53,926 nt of DNA from Deltaproteobacteria bacterium (lineage in GTDB: Bacteria > Desulfobacterota > Dissulfuribacteria > Dissulfuribacterales > UBA3076): the NCBI GenBank assembly GCA_030262715.1, contig JAJSZR010000003.1, forward strand, positions 1 to 53,926, in the 5' to 3' direction. A program made the translations under genes and the position numbers. This document shows positions 8,123 to 16,492 of the stretch, piece after piece. Positions within the stretch are counted from its first letter, which is position 1. Each line of letters starts with the position of its first letter. The notes beneath the pieces were generated by a model. It worked only from the letters and a program-made list of their open reading frames with translations, had not been told where the DNA came from and did not search any database.

Positions 8123-9705
8123 AGATGGAAAAAGGTTATTTAGCGATAGTCCTTCATGCACACCTCCCTTTTGTGAGGCACCCTGAACATGTGGATTCCC
8201 TGGAAGAAAACTGGGTTTTCGAAGCCATTACCGATACGTACATCCCTCTCCTTTCCGTACTGGATGGTCTTGTAGAAGATGGGATTGACTTTCGATTGAC
8301 CTTGTCAATCACACCCACTCTTGCCTCAATGTTCGCCGATCCGTTCTTGCAGTCCCGTTATCTGGACAGACTTGAACGACTGATAGAGCTGGGCAAGAAA
8401 GAAGTCAAACGAACAAGATACCACCACGAGTTTAATATACTGGCTCTGATGTATCACAGACGCCTTTTAAAAGTGCGTAAAGCATTCCTTAACCGTTATA
8501 ATCTGAACCTGGTTCAGGCCTTTAAACGCTTACAGGAGCTTGGGAAGGTAGAAATCATCGCCAGCGCTGCCACTCACGGATACCTTCCACTGCTTTCTGT
8601 TAATACATCGGCTGTTCGAGCACAAATTCGGGTCGGAATCAAAAATTATAAACAGGTATTCGGTCGAAATCCCAAGGGCTTCTGGTTACCCGAATGCGGC
8701 TATTATCCCGGAGTTGACGAGCTTCTCAGGCAAGATGGCATTCGCTACACTATTTTAGAGACTCACGGTATCACTCGTGCTGGACCAAGACCAAAATATG
8801 GTGTGTACGCACCGATCTATTGTCCATCAGGAGTAGCTGCCTTCGGGCGTGATCCTGAATCGTCCAAGCAGGTCTGGAGTTCAATAGAAGGATATCCAGG
8901 AGATTATGATTACCGGGAATTCTATCGTGACATCGCCTACGATCTGGATCTTGATTATATCAAGCCCTATATTCATAGAGACGGCATCCGAGTGGACACC
9001 GGCTTCAAGTACTTCCGCGTCACCGGCAAAAACAATCATAAAGAGGTCTATGTTCCCAAAAGGGCAAAGAGAAAAGCCGAGATCCACGCAGGGGATTTCA
9101 TGTTTAACAGGGAAAAACAGATTGAATATCTGGCTTCGGTCATGAATCGCAAGCCCATAATTGTGGCACCTTACGATGCTGAACTGTTCGGCCATTGGTG
9201 GTTTGAAGGCCCTGACTGGCTTAATCGCCTGATTCGTAAGATCGACTCGGAACAAAAAACGTTCCGGCTTATTACCCTTTCCGAATATCTGGAAGAATAC
9301 CCGATCAGTCAGGTTTCAGCACCTTCCACTTCCAGTTGGGGATACAAGGGCTTTCACGAAACCTGGCTCAATGGGACAAACGACTGGATCTACCGCCAAC
9401 TGCATCAGGGGGCGCAGTTTATGGAGAGGCTGGCAACGAATCATCCCACAGCCGAGGGCCTCACTCTGAGGGCGCTCAATCAAGCGGCAAGAGAGCTGCT
9501 GGTAGCACAGGCGAGTGACTGGGCCTTTATGATCAACTCGGGCGCTATGGCAGAGTATGGGACTCGACGGACAAAGACGCACCTCTTGCGACTGGGCAGG
9601 CTCATGAGAGAAATTGAAGACCGGAAGATAGATGAAGGCTGGCTTTCAATGATTGAGAGCCAGGATAACATTTTTCCACAGATTGATTACCGCTCTTATG
9701 CCTAA
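8119..9705 (+). CDS. GH57-family 1,4-alpha-glucan branching enzyme (GH57 N-domain + DUF1957 C-domain)
   Basis: 'GYLAIVLHAHLPFVRHPE', 'TPTLASM', 'HGYLPLL', 'GFWLPECGY' and 'PYDAELFGHWWFEG' are GH57 branching-enzyme signatures. Confidence 0.85.
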   Translation: MKMEKGYLAIVLHAHLPFVRHPEHVDSLEENWVFEAITDTYIPLLSVLDGLVEDGIDFRLTLSITPTLASMFADPFLQSRYLDRLERLIELGKKEVKRTRYHHEFNILALMYHRRLLKVRKAFLNRYNLNLVQAFKRLQELGKVEIIASAATHGYLPLLSVNTSAVRAQIRVGIKNYKQVFGRNPKGFWLPECGYYPGVDELLRQDGIRYTILETHGITRAGPRPKYGVYAPIYCPSGVAAFGRDPESSKQVWSSIEGYPGDYDYREFYRDIAYDLDLDYIKPYIHRDGIRVDTGFKYFRVTGKNNHKEVYVPKRAKRKAEIHAGDFMFNREKQIEYLASVMNRKPIIVAPYDAELFGHWWFEGPDWLNRLIRKIDSEQKTFRLITLSEYLEEYPISQVSAPSTSSWGYKGFHETWLNGTNDWIYRQLHQGAQFMERLATNHPTAEGLTLRALNQAARELLVAQASDWAFMINSGAMAEYGTRRTKTHLLRLGRLMREIEDRKIDEGWLSMIESQDNIFPQIDYRSYA

Positions 9706-9712
9706 ATTGAGC

Positions 9713-9740
9713 AATTAGCTGTTAGCCATTAGCGTTTAGC
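9713..9740. repeat. 4 x 7-bp periodic tract (AATTAGC TGTTAGC CATTAGC GTTTAGC), solo arm-like sequence
   Basis: Read directly. It lies 8 nt after the GH57 stop, between the GH57 gene and glgA. It has the same 7-bp periodicity as the arms of the two inverted-repeat elements, but no complementary partner lies nearby. Confidence 0.6.
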
Positions 9741-9826
9741 TTTGGAAAGAGGGACTTTCGTTTTATGAAGGATGCCGAATTCATCAATGATCGAGTGGTA
9801 ATATCCGGAAACAGAGGTCTAATGGC

Positions 9827-11293
9827 ATGTATGTCGTGATGATTACTCCAGAGTGCGCTCCGGTTGCGAAAGTTGGGGGTTTGGGCGACGTTGTTCAGGG
9901 TCTTTCCCATGAGCTCGCAATACGGGGGAATACTGTAGAGATTATCCTCCCTAAATACGATTGCATGCGGTACGATCTAATTTTCGGTCTCCATAAGACA
10001 TACTCTGATCTCAGGGTCCCTTACCATGATCAACATTTTTATTGCGATGTATATTTTGGTTTTGTGGATGGGCTAAAATGCTTCTTTATTGAATCCCACT
10101 CTTTTAAGAATTTCTTCAATCGGGGCATATTTTACGGACATCATGATGATCCTGAACGTTTTGCCTTTTTTTGCCGGGCAGCATTGGAGTTTATGCTAAA
10201 GACGAACAAGCATCCTGAAATTATCCATTGCCATGATTGGCAGACCGGACTTGTGCCGGTACTTCTGTTTGATATGTATAAATATTTGGGAATGACCCAC
10301 CCCAGGGTCTGCTATACCTTGCACAATCTTAAACATCAGGGTGTCACAGGGGAACACATACTCAGGCAGGTCGGCCTGAATCCTGCCAAGTATATCACTC
10401 CGGACCGGCTTCAGGATAACTTTAACCACAGTGCTATCAACTTCATGAAGGGAGGAATTGTCTATTCTAACTTTGTGACAACTGTTTCTCCCCGATATGC
10501 CAGGGAGATAAAAAATTCAGACCTTGGCTTTGGGCTCCAGCATACCCTTCATGTGCATAGCATTAAATTTGGAGGGGTCTTGAACGGAATTGATTACAAT
10601 GTATGGAATCCTGAAATCGATCCATATATATCGTGTCGGTATACAATTGATAGCATTAATGATAAATACAAAAATAAAGAGGCCCTCCGTAATAGACTAT
10701 GGCTAAGACACGACTTCAAACCGATTGTCTCTGTGATAGGTCGATTAGATCATCAAAAAGGTGTTGATTTAATACGGCATGGTATTTTTTATTCTTTGGC
10801 AAACGGTTGCCAGTTTGTCCTGTTAGGGTCGAGTCCTGAACCAGCTACCAATAATGATTTTTGGGGGCTAAAGCACTATTTGAATGATAACCCGGACTGC
10901 CACCTTGAAATCTCATACAATGAGGAATTAGCCCATCTGATTTATGCAGGTGCCGACATGATTCTCATACCAAGCGCATTTGAACCGTGCGGCCTGACAC
11001 AGATGATCGCCATGAAATGCGGAACAGTTCCCATTGTTCGAAATACCGGTGGATTGGCAGACACAGTCTTTGACGCAGATTATGCCCAAAAACCATATCA
11101 TGAACGTAATGGCTATGTGTTTAATGATTTTGATAATGAAGGCCTCGAGTCTGCTCTGAAACGGGCTATAGGCCTGTGGTATATCTATCCCAAATATTTT
11201 AGGGAACTGATGATTAATGGGATGCGATATGACTATTCCTGGAACCATCCTGCAGGACATTATCTAAATATTTACAATTATATCAGGGAGTAA
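9827..11293 (+). CDS. glgA: glycogen/starch synthase (GT5)
   Basis: The N-terminal 'ECAPVAKVGGLGDVV' (KxGGL motif), 'HCHDWQTGL' and 'IPSAFEPCGLTQM' are canonical GlgA blocks. Confidence 0.9.
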   Translation: MYVVMITPECAPVAKVGGLGDVVQGLSHELAIRGNTVEIILPKYDCMRYDLIFGLHKTYSDLRVPYHDQHFYCDVYFGFVDGLKCFFIESHSFKNFFNRGIFYGHHDDPERFAFFCRAALEFMLKTNKHPEIIHCHDWQTGLVPVLLFDMYKYLGMTHPRVCYTLHNLKHQGVTGEHILRQVGLNPAKYITPDRLQDNFNHSAINFMKGGIVYSNFVTTVSPRYAREIKNSDLGFGLQHTLHVHSIKFGGVLNGIDYNVWNPEIDPYISCRYTIDSINDKYKNKEALRNRLWLRHDFKPIVSVIGRLDHQKGVDLIRHGIFYSLANGCQFVLLGSSPEPATNNDFWGLKHYLNDNPDCHLEISYNEELAHLIYAGADMILIPSAFEPCGLTQMIAMKCGTVPIVRNTGGLADTVFDADYAQKPYHERNGYVFNDFDNEGLESALKRAIGLWYIYPKYFRELMINGMRYDYSWNHPAGHYLNIYNYIRE

Positions 11294-11302
11294 AAAATAG
11301 GG

Positions 11303-12856
11303 CTATCCCTTCATCATCTCATCCACGGAGGGGAATCTGGTAAGATCGGTATGGGGAAGAAAAAGGGCCCCGGTTAGCTGGTTCATAAAATCTTTGCGCA
11401 CATTCATCTCGAGATAAGTTATCTTGTCGCAGATCTCCTCTACCTCTTTTCTGGCTTTTCTCCACGTAAGGGCCTCAATCGCCCCGGTACCTGCGGCATT
11501 TCTCAGGCCCTCAAAGCGCTCAAGAGGCACATCAGGCAACATCCCAATTATTATGGCCTTTTTGGGATCTATATAATTGCCAAAGGCACCCGCAACATAA
11601 AACCTCTCGATATCCTCAAACCCGATACCAACGCTCTGGATTACCACGTTCAGTATAGTGTGCATGGCCCCTTTTGAACGAATCAGGTTTTTTATATCGC
11701 TCTGACTGATATAGACCGGCTCCCCATGGCCTGTCTCATGAGGACCTGCCACAACATAGACCCATTCCCCACCTATCCGTTGCATCCTGGCACTATCCCG
11801 ATCCACCACAAGCTTTCCGGTTGGGTCCACCAGTCCTGCAACAAACATGGCTGCCAGGAGATCTATTATTCCTGAACCACACAATCCCTCCGGGGCCTTG
11901 CCGTCTATGGTACGATATCTGACTGTCAAAAGAGTTCGGTCTATGTCCAACCGGTCTATGGCCCCTGGCTTTGCCATCATACCACAGGAGGAAATTCCCC
12001 CTTCAAGTGCCGGGCCGGCCGCCCCTGCACAGGCCACGAGCCAGTCCCTGTTTCCCAGCACTACCTCTGCATTGGTGCCAACATCCACGAGCATGGAGAT
12101 CTCCTCCTTGAGGTGCATGCCAGAGGCCAGGATGCCTGCCAGAAGATCACCGCCAAAGTAACTCCCCACGTTTGGAAAACAATAGAGCCATGCCTGAGGA
12201 TGGACATTTATTCCTAATTCCCAGGGCCGGATCAGATCAAAGCGGTTAACCACGGGAATGTATGGTTCCCGGCAGATATGGCCTGGATCAAGACCTAAAA
12301 AGAAGTGGCACATAGTGGTGTTGCCGGCCAATGCAATAAAGGATATATCCTCCGGGCTCATGCCTCCTCCTGCCGTAATCTCCTGTACAGAGGAATTAAA
12401 AAGGCCAACGACCTCAGACTGTAGTGTCTCCAATCCATTGCCTTGCCCAGCAAAGAGGATCCTTTCCAGGATGTCCTCACCGTGGACCCTTTGCGGGTTG
12501 GGTTTTGATAGAGTAGAAACGGTCTCGCCTGAACCAAGGTCTACCAGGTAAAATACCACGGTGGTGCTTCCAAGGTCCACAGCCAGTCCGTAAGGCGACA
12601 GAGATTTGCTTTTAACGCTGACCTGGGCGACCTCCCAGCCGGAAGGTCCATCCAGCACCAATGTTTGCACCTTGTAGTCAGAGGAGGGGAGAATGTCAGG
12701 CAGGCATTTGCAGATCTTTAAAGGGAACAGAGGTGGTTGCCCCAGGATAGGCTCCAAGGCCGCTCTTACACGTGACTCGTGACTGCGGTTGTCGCTAAGA
12801 GACGGGCTGGGGAGATCCAGGCTGATTGCGCGGCATACAGGGTCAAAACGGTCCAT
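11303..12856 (-). CDS. ASKHA-fold ATPase, DUF4445 / RACo-like (corrinoid-protein reductive-activase family) without an obvious N-terminal ferredoxin domain
   Basis: 'LAVDLGSTTVVFYLVDL', 'IALAGNTTMCHFFLGLDP', 'LVDVGTNAEVVLGN' and 'CAGAAGPALEGG' are DUF4445/ASKHA phosphate-binding motifs. Confidence 0.7.
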   Translation of the reverse strand: MDRFDPVCRAISLDLPSPSLSDNRSHESRVRAALEPILGQPPLFPLKICKCLPDILPSSDYKVQTLVLDGPSGWEVAQVSVKSKSLSPYGLAVDLGSTTVVFYLVDLGSGETVSTLSKPNPQRVHGEDILERILFAGQGNGLETLQSEVVGLFNSSVQEITAGGGMSPEDISFIALAGNTTMCHFFLGLDPGHICREPYIPVVNRFDLIRPWELGINVHPQAWLYCFPNVGSYFGGDLLAGILASGMHLKEEISMLVDVGTNAEVVLGNRDWLVACAGAAGPALEGGISSCGMMAKPGAIDRLDIDRTLLTVRYRTIDGKAPEGLCGSGIIDLLAAMFVAGLVDPTGKLVVDRDSARMQRIGGEWVYVVAGPHETGHGEPVYISQSDIKNLIRSKGAMHTILNVVIQSVGIGFEDIERFYVAGAFGNYIDPKKAIIIGMLPDVPLERFEGLRNAAGTGAIEALTWRKARKEVEEICDKITYLEMNVRKDFMNQLTGALFLPHTDLTRFPSVDEMMKG

Positions 12857-12874
12857 TCCAATTTATAAAACGTC

Positions 12875-13174
12875 CTACTGATCTCTTTCCCGTTCGGTCT
12901 GGTCCGGAGTCACATCTATAATAAGTGAGCTTGCGTCCAGATCACTATTGGTATCACTACGCCTGGTACATTCTTTCTCAAACTGCCGCATGACCTTGCG
13001 AACACGCCATGCCATGTAGCTGGCTGCAATAGCAAAGACTACCACAGCGCCCAAAAACAGCGGCAGGGCCAGAAAAAAGGCGGCCACGGCAAGCAGTCCC
13101 AACCCCAATAGGGTCAGTGGAGAGACATTAGTGGATTTGTAGTATATTCTGCGTTGTGTCATTTTAGTCCTCAT
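12875..13174 (-). CDS. small membrane protein (two predicted TM helices)
   Basis: 99-aa ORF with the hydrophobic stretch 'LTLLGLGLLAVAAFFLALPLFLGAVVVFAIAASYMAW'. Its start overlaps the PilZ gene stop by 1 nt (TAATG). Confidence 0.4.
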   Translation of the reverse strand: MRTKMTQRRIYYKSTNVSPLTLLGLGLLAVAAFFLALPLFLGAVVVFAIAASYMAWRVRKVMRQFEKECTRRSDTNSDLDASSLIIDVTPDQTERERDQ

Positions 13175-13503
13175 TAGTTTTCGTTCAGGATATCCTTCAA
13201 TGAAAAAAATGAGTCGAGATCCATCTCCTCAAACCGGATTCCCATCCCGCTGTTATCCGTGCGAATTACACGTCCTTTAAAAAAGAGCACGAGCTTCGAA
13301 TTGGTATGTGTAAGATGTAATTCCATTTCACATGAAGTGCCGACAGAAAGCTTGATATCACTATAACAGTAAATTCCTTTCAAACTAATATCTTTTGTCT
13401 GATCGCAACGTATCTCCTTAGCATCCTGTTTAAGAGACCAAAGGCATGCCACGGCCTTGAAAGGGACCCGAAAATTTTTGCGTTGCTCATTATCTGCTAT
13501 CAT
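13174..13503 (-). CDS. PilZ domain protein (putative c-di-GMP receptor)
   Basis: It has both PilZ signature motifs: RxxxR ('RKNFR') and D/NxSxxG ('DISLKG'). Confidence 0.65.
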   Translation of the reverse strand: MIADNEQRKNFRVPFKAVACLWSLKQDAKEIRCDQTKDISLKGIYCYSDIKLSVGTSCEMELHLTHTNSKLVLFFKGRVIRTDNSGMGIRFEEMDLDSFFSLKDILNEN

Positions 13504-13515
13504 AATACTGTTTCC

Positions 13516-14724
13516 TCAAGATTTTTCCACCATGGACCTGATCTTAAGACGCAGGCCCTGAAGCCTTATGAACCCTTCGGCATCTGCCTGGCTGTAAACA
13601 TCATCCTCCTCGAAGGTAGCAAACTCCGGCCGGTATAAGGATTTTTCCGCTTTTCTTCCCACAACCTGGCAATTTCCTTTATAGATCTTGAGTCGAACCC
13701 TTCCGTTCACATTGACTTGGGATTCGTCTATGAGCTTCTGGATCAGCTCCCGTTCGGGTGAAAACCAGAAACCGTAATATATCAGTTCTGAATAACGTGA
13801 AACCAGGCTATCCCGCAAGTGCATAACCTCCCTGTCCATGGTTATGGACTCAAGGGCCATGTGGGCTGCACGAAGAATAGAACCGCCAGGCGTCTCATAG
13901 ACCCCTCTTGATTTCATCCCGACAAAACGGTTCTCAACCAGATCCACTCGACCGATCCCGTTATGGGCACCTATGAGGTTCAGCCTTGACAAGAATTCTG
14001 CTGCAGAAAGCAGCTCACCGTCAAGGGCCACCGGATCTCCCTGCTCAAAATCGATCTCCACATAAGATGGTTCATCAGGGGCATTTTCAGGACTCCTTGT
14101 CCATATAAACATGTCTTCATCGGGTTCTGCCCACGGGTCTTCCAGAATCCCGCCCTCATAACTTATGTGTAAGAGGTTTGCGTCCATACTGTAAGGTTTT
14201 GCCTTTGTGACCGGTACTGGTATATTATGAATTTTGGCGAAGTCTACGAGCTTCTTCCTGGAATTGAGGTCCCAAATGCGCCAGGGGGCTATGATCTTGA
14301 GGTCAGGACCAAGGGCCATGAAGGAAAGCTCGAAACGGACCTGGTCATTTCCCTTACCAGTGGCCCCGTGGCTGACTGCGCTGGCCCCAACTTCCCTGGC
14401 AACACGTACCTGTTCTCTGGCAATAAGGGGCCTTGCGATGGATGTACCCAGCAGATAAGTACCCTCATAAATGGCATTTGCCCTGAACATGGGAAAGACA
14501 AAGTCCTGAACAAACTCCTCTTTGAGGTCCCTTATCAGCACCTCCGAGGCCCCTGTATCCAGGGCCTTCTGCTTCACAGCTTTCCAGTTTTCTTCCTGAC
14601 CTATATCTGCAGAATAAGCCACTACAGGACAGTGATAGATCTCCTGTAGCCATTTGAGAATGACGGATGTGTCGAGTCCGCCTGAGTAGGCAAGGACTAT
14701 TTTGTTTATTTTTTGTCTCTGCAT
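13516..14724 (-). CDS. argG: argininosuccinate synthase
   Basis: '[14 protein letters not shown]', '[15 protein letters not shown]' and '[15 protein letters not shown]' are canonical ArgG blocks. Confidence 0.95.
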   Translation of the reverse strand: MQRQKINKIVLAYSGGLDTSVILKWLQEIYHCPVVAYSADIGQEENWKAVKQKALDTGASEVLIRDLKEEFVQDFVFPMFRANAIYEGTYLLGTSIARPLIAREQVRVAREVGASAVSHGATGKGNDQVRFELSFMALGPDLKIIAPWRIWDLNSRKKLVDFAKIHNIPVPVTKAKPYSMDANLLHISYEGGILEDPWAEPDEDMFIWTRSPENAPDEPSYVEIDFEQGDPVALDGELLSAAEFLSRLNLIGAHNGIGRVDLVENRFVGMKSRGVYETPGGSILRAAHMALESITMDREVMHLRDSLVSRYSELIYYGFWFSPERELIQKLIDESQVNVNGRVRLKIYKGNCQVVGRKAEKSLYRPEFATFEEDDVYSQADAEGFIRLQGLRLKIRSMVEKS

Positions 14725-14832
14725 ATGGAATTCAATTAATTATTTCAATACATACTCTATCAAAAAATAATACTCTTTACAATGGAGCAGGAATTCTCTA
14801 CATCAGGCGGGGGATTTACAATCTCCCAACCG

Positions 14833-16182
14833 TTAAATATTTTTCCTCCAACGGGGATGTTTGATACCTAGTTTTTTAATCCTATAGTTTATTGTCCTTT
14901 TGCTTATACCAAGTTTTTCTGCTGCATCCTTTTGAATCCATAGACATTTATCTAATGCTTTTATGATAGCTTTTCTCTCAGTATCTGCCAATGACTCGGT
15001 TTTGGGAAGTTCAGTGTGCTCAAATGGAATAATATCGTTTCCCAAGACTATATTATGCTTTTTAATTATTTTATCTTCGCTGAGCAATATGCCTCTTTCG
15101 ATAACATTAGAAAGCTCACGAATGTTACCTGGCCAGTGATAGTGCTTAAACATTTCCAATATATCAGGATGGAATCCCCGGATATCCTTTTTTATATCTC
15201 GACAGTGCCTTTTCAGGAAATAGGATGTCAGTTCTTCTATATCTTCCATCCGTTCTTCTAAAGGAGGCAAAAAGATATTTATTACGTTAATCCTATAGTA
15301 AAGATCTTCTCTAAACCCTCCTGAATGGATCTCTTGTTCTAAATTCTTGTTAGTAGCAGCTATAATTCGAACGTCAGAATTGATAGTTTTACTTCCTCCT
15401 AACCTTTCAAATGTCCTATTTTCCAAAAAGTGTAAAAACTTCGATTGCAAGGCGGGGCTGAGGTCCCCAATTTCATCCAAAAAAACAGTTCCTCCGTTTG
15501 CTTGTTCAAATCTGCCTATCCTGGCTTTCGTAGCTCCGGTGAAAGCCCCTTTTTCATGCCCAAATAATTCACTTTCTAATAAGGTCTCAGGAATATTTGC
15601 ACAGCTTATATGAACAAAAGGTCTTTTTTTACGATGGCTGTTAAAATGGATTGCTCCGGCTAAAAAACTTTTTCCTGTGCCTGTTTCTCCTCCTATTAAA
15701 ATGGTAGAATTCGTTTTACAAACCTTCTTTATCGTATTAATTACCCTTCTTATACTAGGAGCTTTGGCAACAACACTATCAAGGTCATAAATAACATCTT
15801 GTTGTCGTCTCAAATAGTCAATTTCGTATTTTAGGCTTCGACCTTCCAGGGCTTTTTCAACAGTATTTTTTATTTTTTCCTCAGAAACCGGTTTTGCAAT
15901 AAAATCATAAGCTCCCTTTTTAATTGCTTCTACCGCTTGTTCTGTTCGATTGTCGCCGATGGCAAGCACAGGGGTAGTTGGTATAGATTTGGTAGATTCC
16001 AGCAACTCCATTCCATTGGCCAATTCCATATCTATAACAATCAAGTCATAAATTATCTTTTCTAATTTTTGAGAGATGTTGCCTTTATTAGGCCAAAACT
16101 CAAGGGCATACTTCGCTGCCAATGCGTTCTTTGAAAGATTCTTCAAAGCCGATTCCTGTGTAACTATTAAAAATCTAGGCAT
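14833..16182 (-). CDS. sigma-54-dependent transcriptional activator (NtrC family: receiver-like domain + AAA+ + Fis-type HTH)
   Basis: It has Walker A 'GETGTGKS', the sigma-54 contact loop 'EKGAFTGA', and the C-terminal HTH 'AAEKLGISKRTINYRIKKLGI'. The receiver-like N-terminus keeps D ('VIDMEL') and K ('IAKP'), but reads 'LIVTQES' where 'DD' is expected. Confidence 0.9.
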   Translation of the reverse strand: MPRFLIVTQESALKNLSKNALAAKYALEFWPNKGNISQKLEKIIYDLIVIDMELANGMELLESTKSIPTTPVLAIGDNRTEQAVEAIKKGAYDFIAKPVSEEKIKNTVEKALEGRSLKYEIDYLRRQQDVIYDLDSVVAKAPSIRRVINTIKKVCKTNSTILIGGETGTGKSFLAGAIHFNSHRKKRPFVHISCANIPETLLESELFGHEKGAFTGATKARIGRFEQANGGTVFLDEIGDLSPALQSKFLHFLENRTFERLGGSKTINSDVRIIAATNKNLEQEIHSGGFREDLYYRINVINIFLPPLEERMEDIEELTSYFLKRHCRDIKKDIRGFHPDILEMFKHYHWPGNIRELSNVIERGILLSEDKIIKKHNIVLGNDIIPFEHTELPKTESLADTERKAIIKALDKCLWIQKDAAEKLGISKRTINYRIKKLGIKHPRWRKNI

Positions 16183-16307
16183 ATTACATTCCTGAAACTT
16201 GAATTACAATTTAGTTATTATAATACTATAGGTCTTTTTTTCAACTAAATTTTCATGAATTCCTCCCTATTTACCGCAGAAAATCTATTTTCCCATAATG
16301 GTGTAAA

Positions 16308-16323
16308 TGGCATGAACATTGCT
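16308..16323 (+). promoter_or_regulatory. sigma-54 (-24/-12) promoter
   Basis: TGGCAT-GAACA-TTGCT matches the TGGCAC-N5-TTGCW consensus with correct spacing. It is divergent from the sigma-54 activator gene and about 170 nt upstream of the 16493 start. Confidence 0.6.
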
Positions 16324-16344
16324 GTTAGCATAAGTAGCAACGTT

Positions 16345-16432
16345 TGAAAAAGGCAAACCATTCGAAAGAATGGAACGCAAAGGCACCGGCCTAAATCCTT
16401 GGGTTGCAGGATACGGCAGCGGGTCTGCCGGA
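16345..16432 (+). promoter_or_regulatory. c-di-GMP-I (GEMM-I) riboswitch aptamer
   Basis: The sequence is AAAAAGGCAAACC-ATTC-GAAA-GAAT-GGAACGCAAAGGCACCGGCCTAAATCC...GGCAGCGGGTCTGCCG. It contains the conserved GEMM-I blocks: GGCAAACC, a GNRA (GAAA) loop closing CCATTC/GAATGG, ACGCAAAG, CCGGCCTAAA and AGCGGG..GCCG. These are nearly collinear with the V. cholerae Vc2 aptamer as I recall it. Confidence 0.8.
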
Positions 16433-16437
16433 CGAAA

Positions 16438-16489
16438 ACACCTCCTAGATGATCTAGGTGCACTTCGTACCGGGTAACAAGGGAGGTGT
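16438..16489 (+). promoter_or_regulatory. riboswitch expression platform: anti-SD/SD helix
   Basis: ACACCTCC (16438-16445) is the perfect complement of GGAGGTGT (16482-16489). The latter is the Shine-Dalgarno sequence 4 nt upstream of the ATG at 16493. A small palindrome CTAGA-TGA-TCTAG sits inside the loop. No U-tract follows, so translational rather than terminator control is suggested. Confidence 0.5.
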
Positions 16490-16492
16490 GTT

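Noticed and set aside
1-11293. Eukaryotic (plant/algal) contamination as the explanation for the GWD-like genes
   Set aside because: The genes lie in a compact co-directional operon with overlapping stop/start codons. They have bacterial-type GH57/DUF4912/GlgA neighbours and no introns, and the same contig continues into clearly bacterial regulators. A chimeric assembly cannot be excluded without reads.
16208-16251. 9-bp inverted repeat AATTTAGTT ... AACTAAATT as the activator binding site (UAS) for the sigma-54 promoter
   Set aside because: It sits in a plausible position about 60-100 nt upstream of the -24/-12 element. A single short AT-rich inverted repeat in an AT-rich region is expected by chance, so it is mentioned only as something to test.
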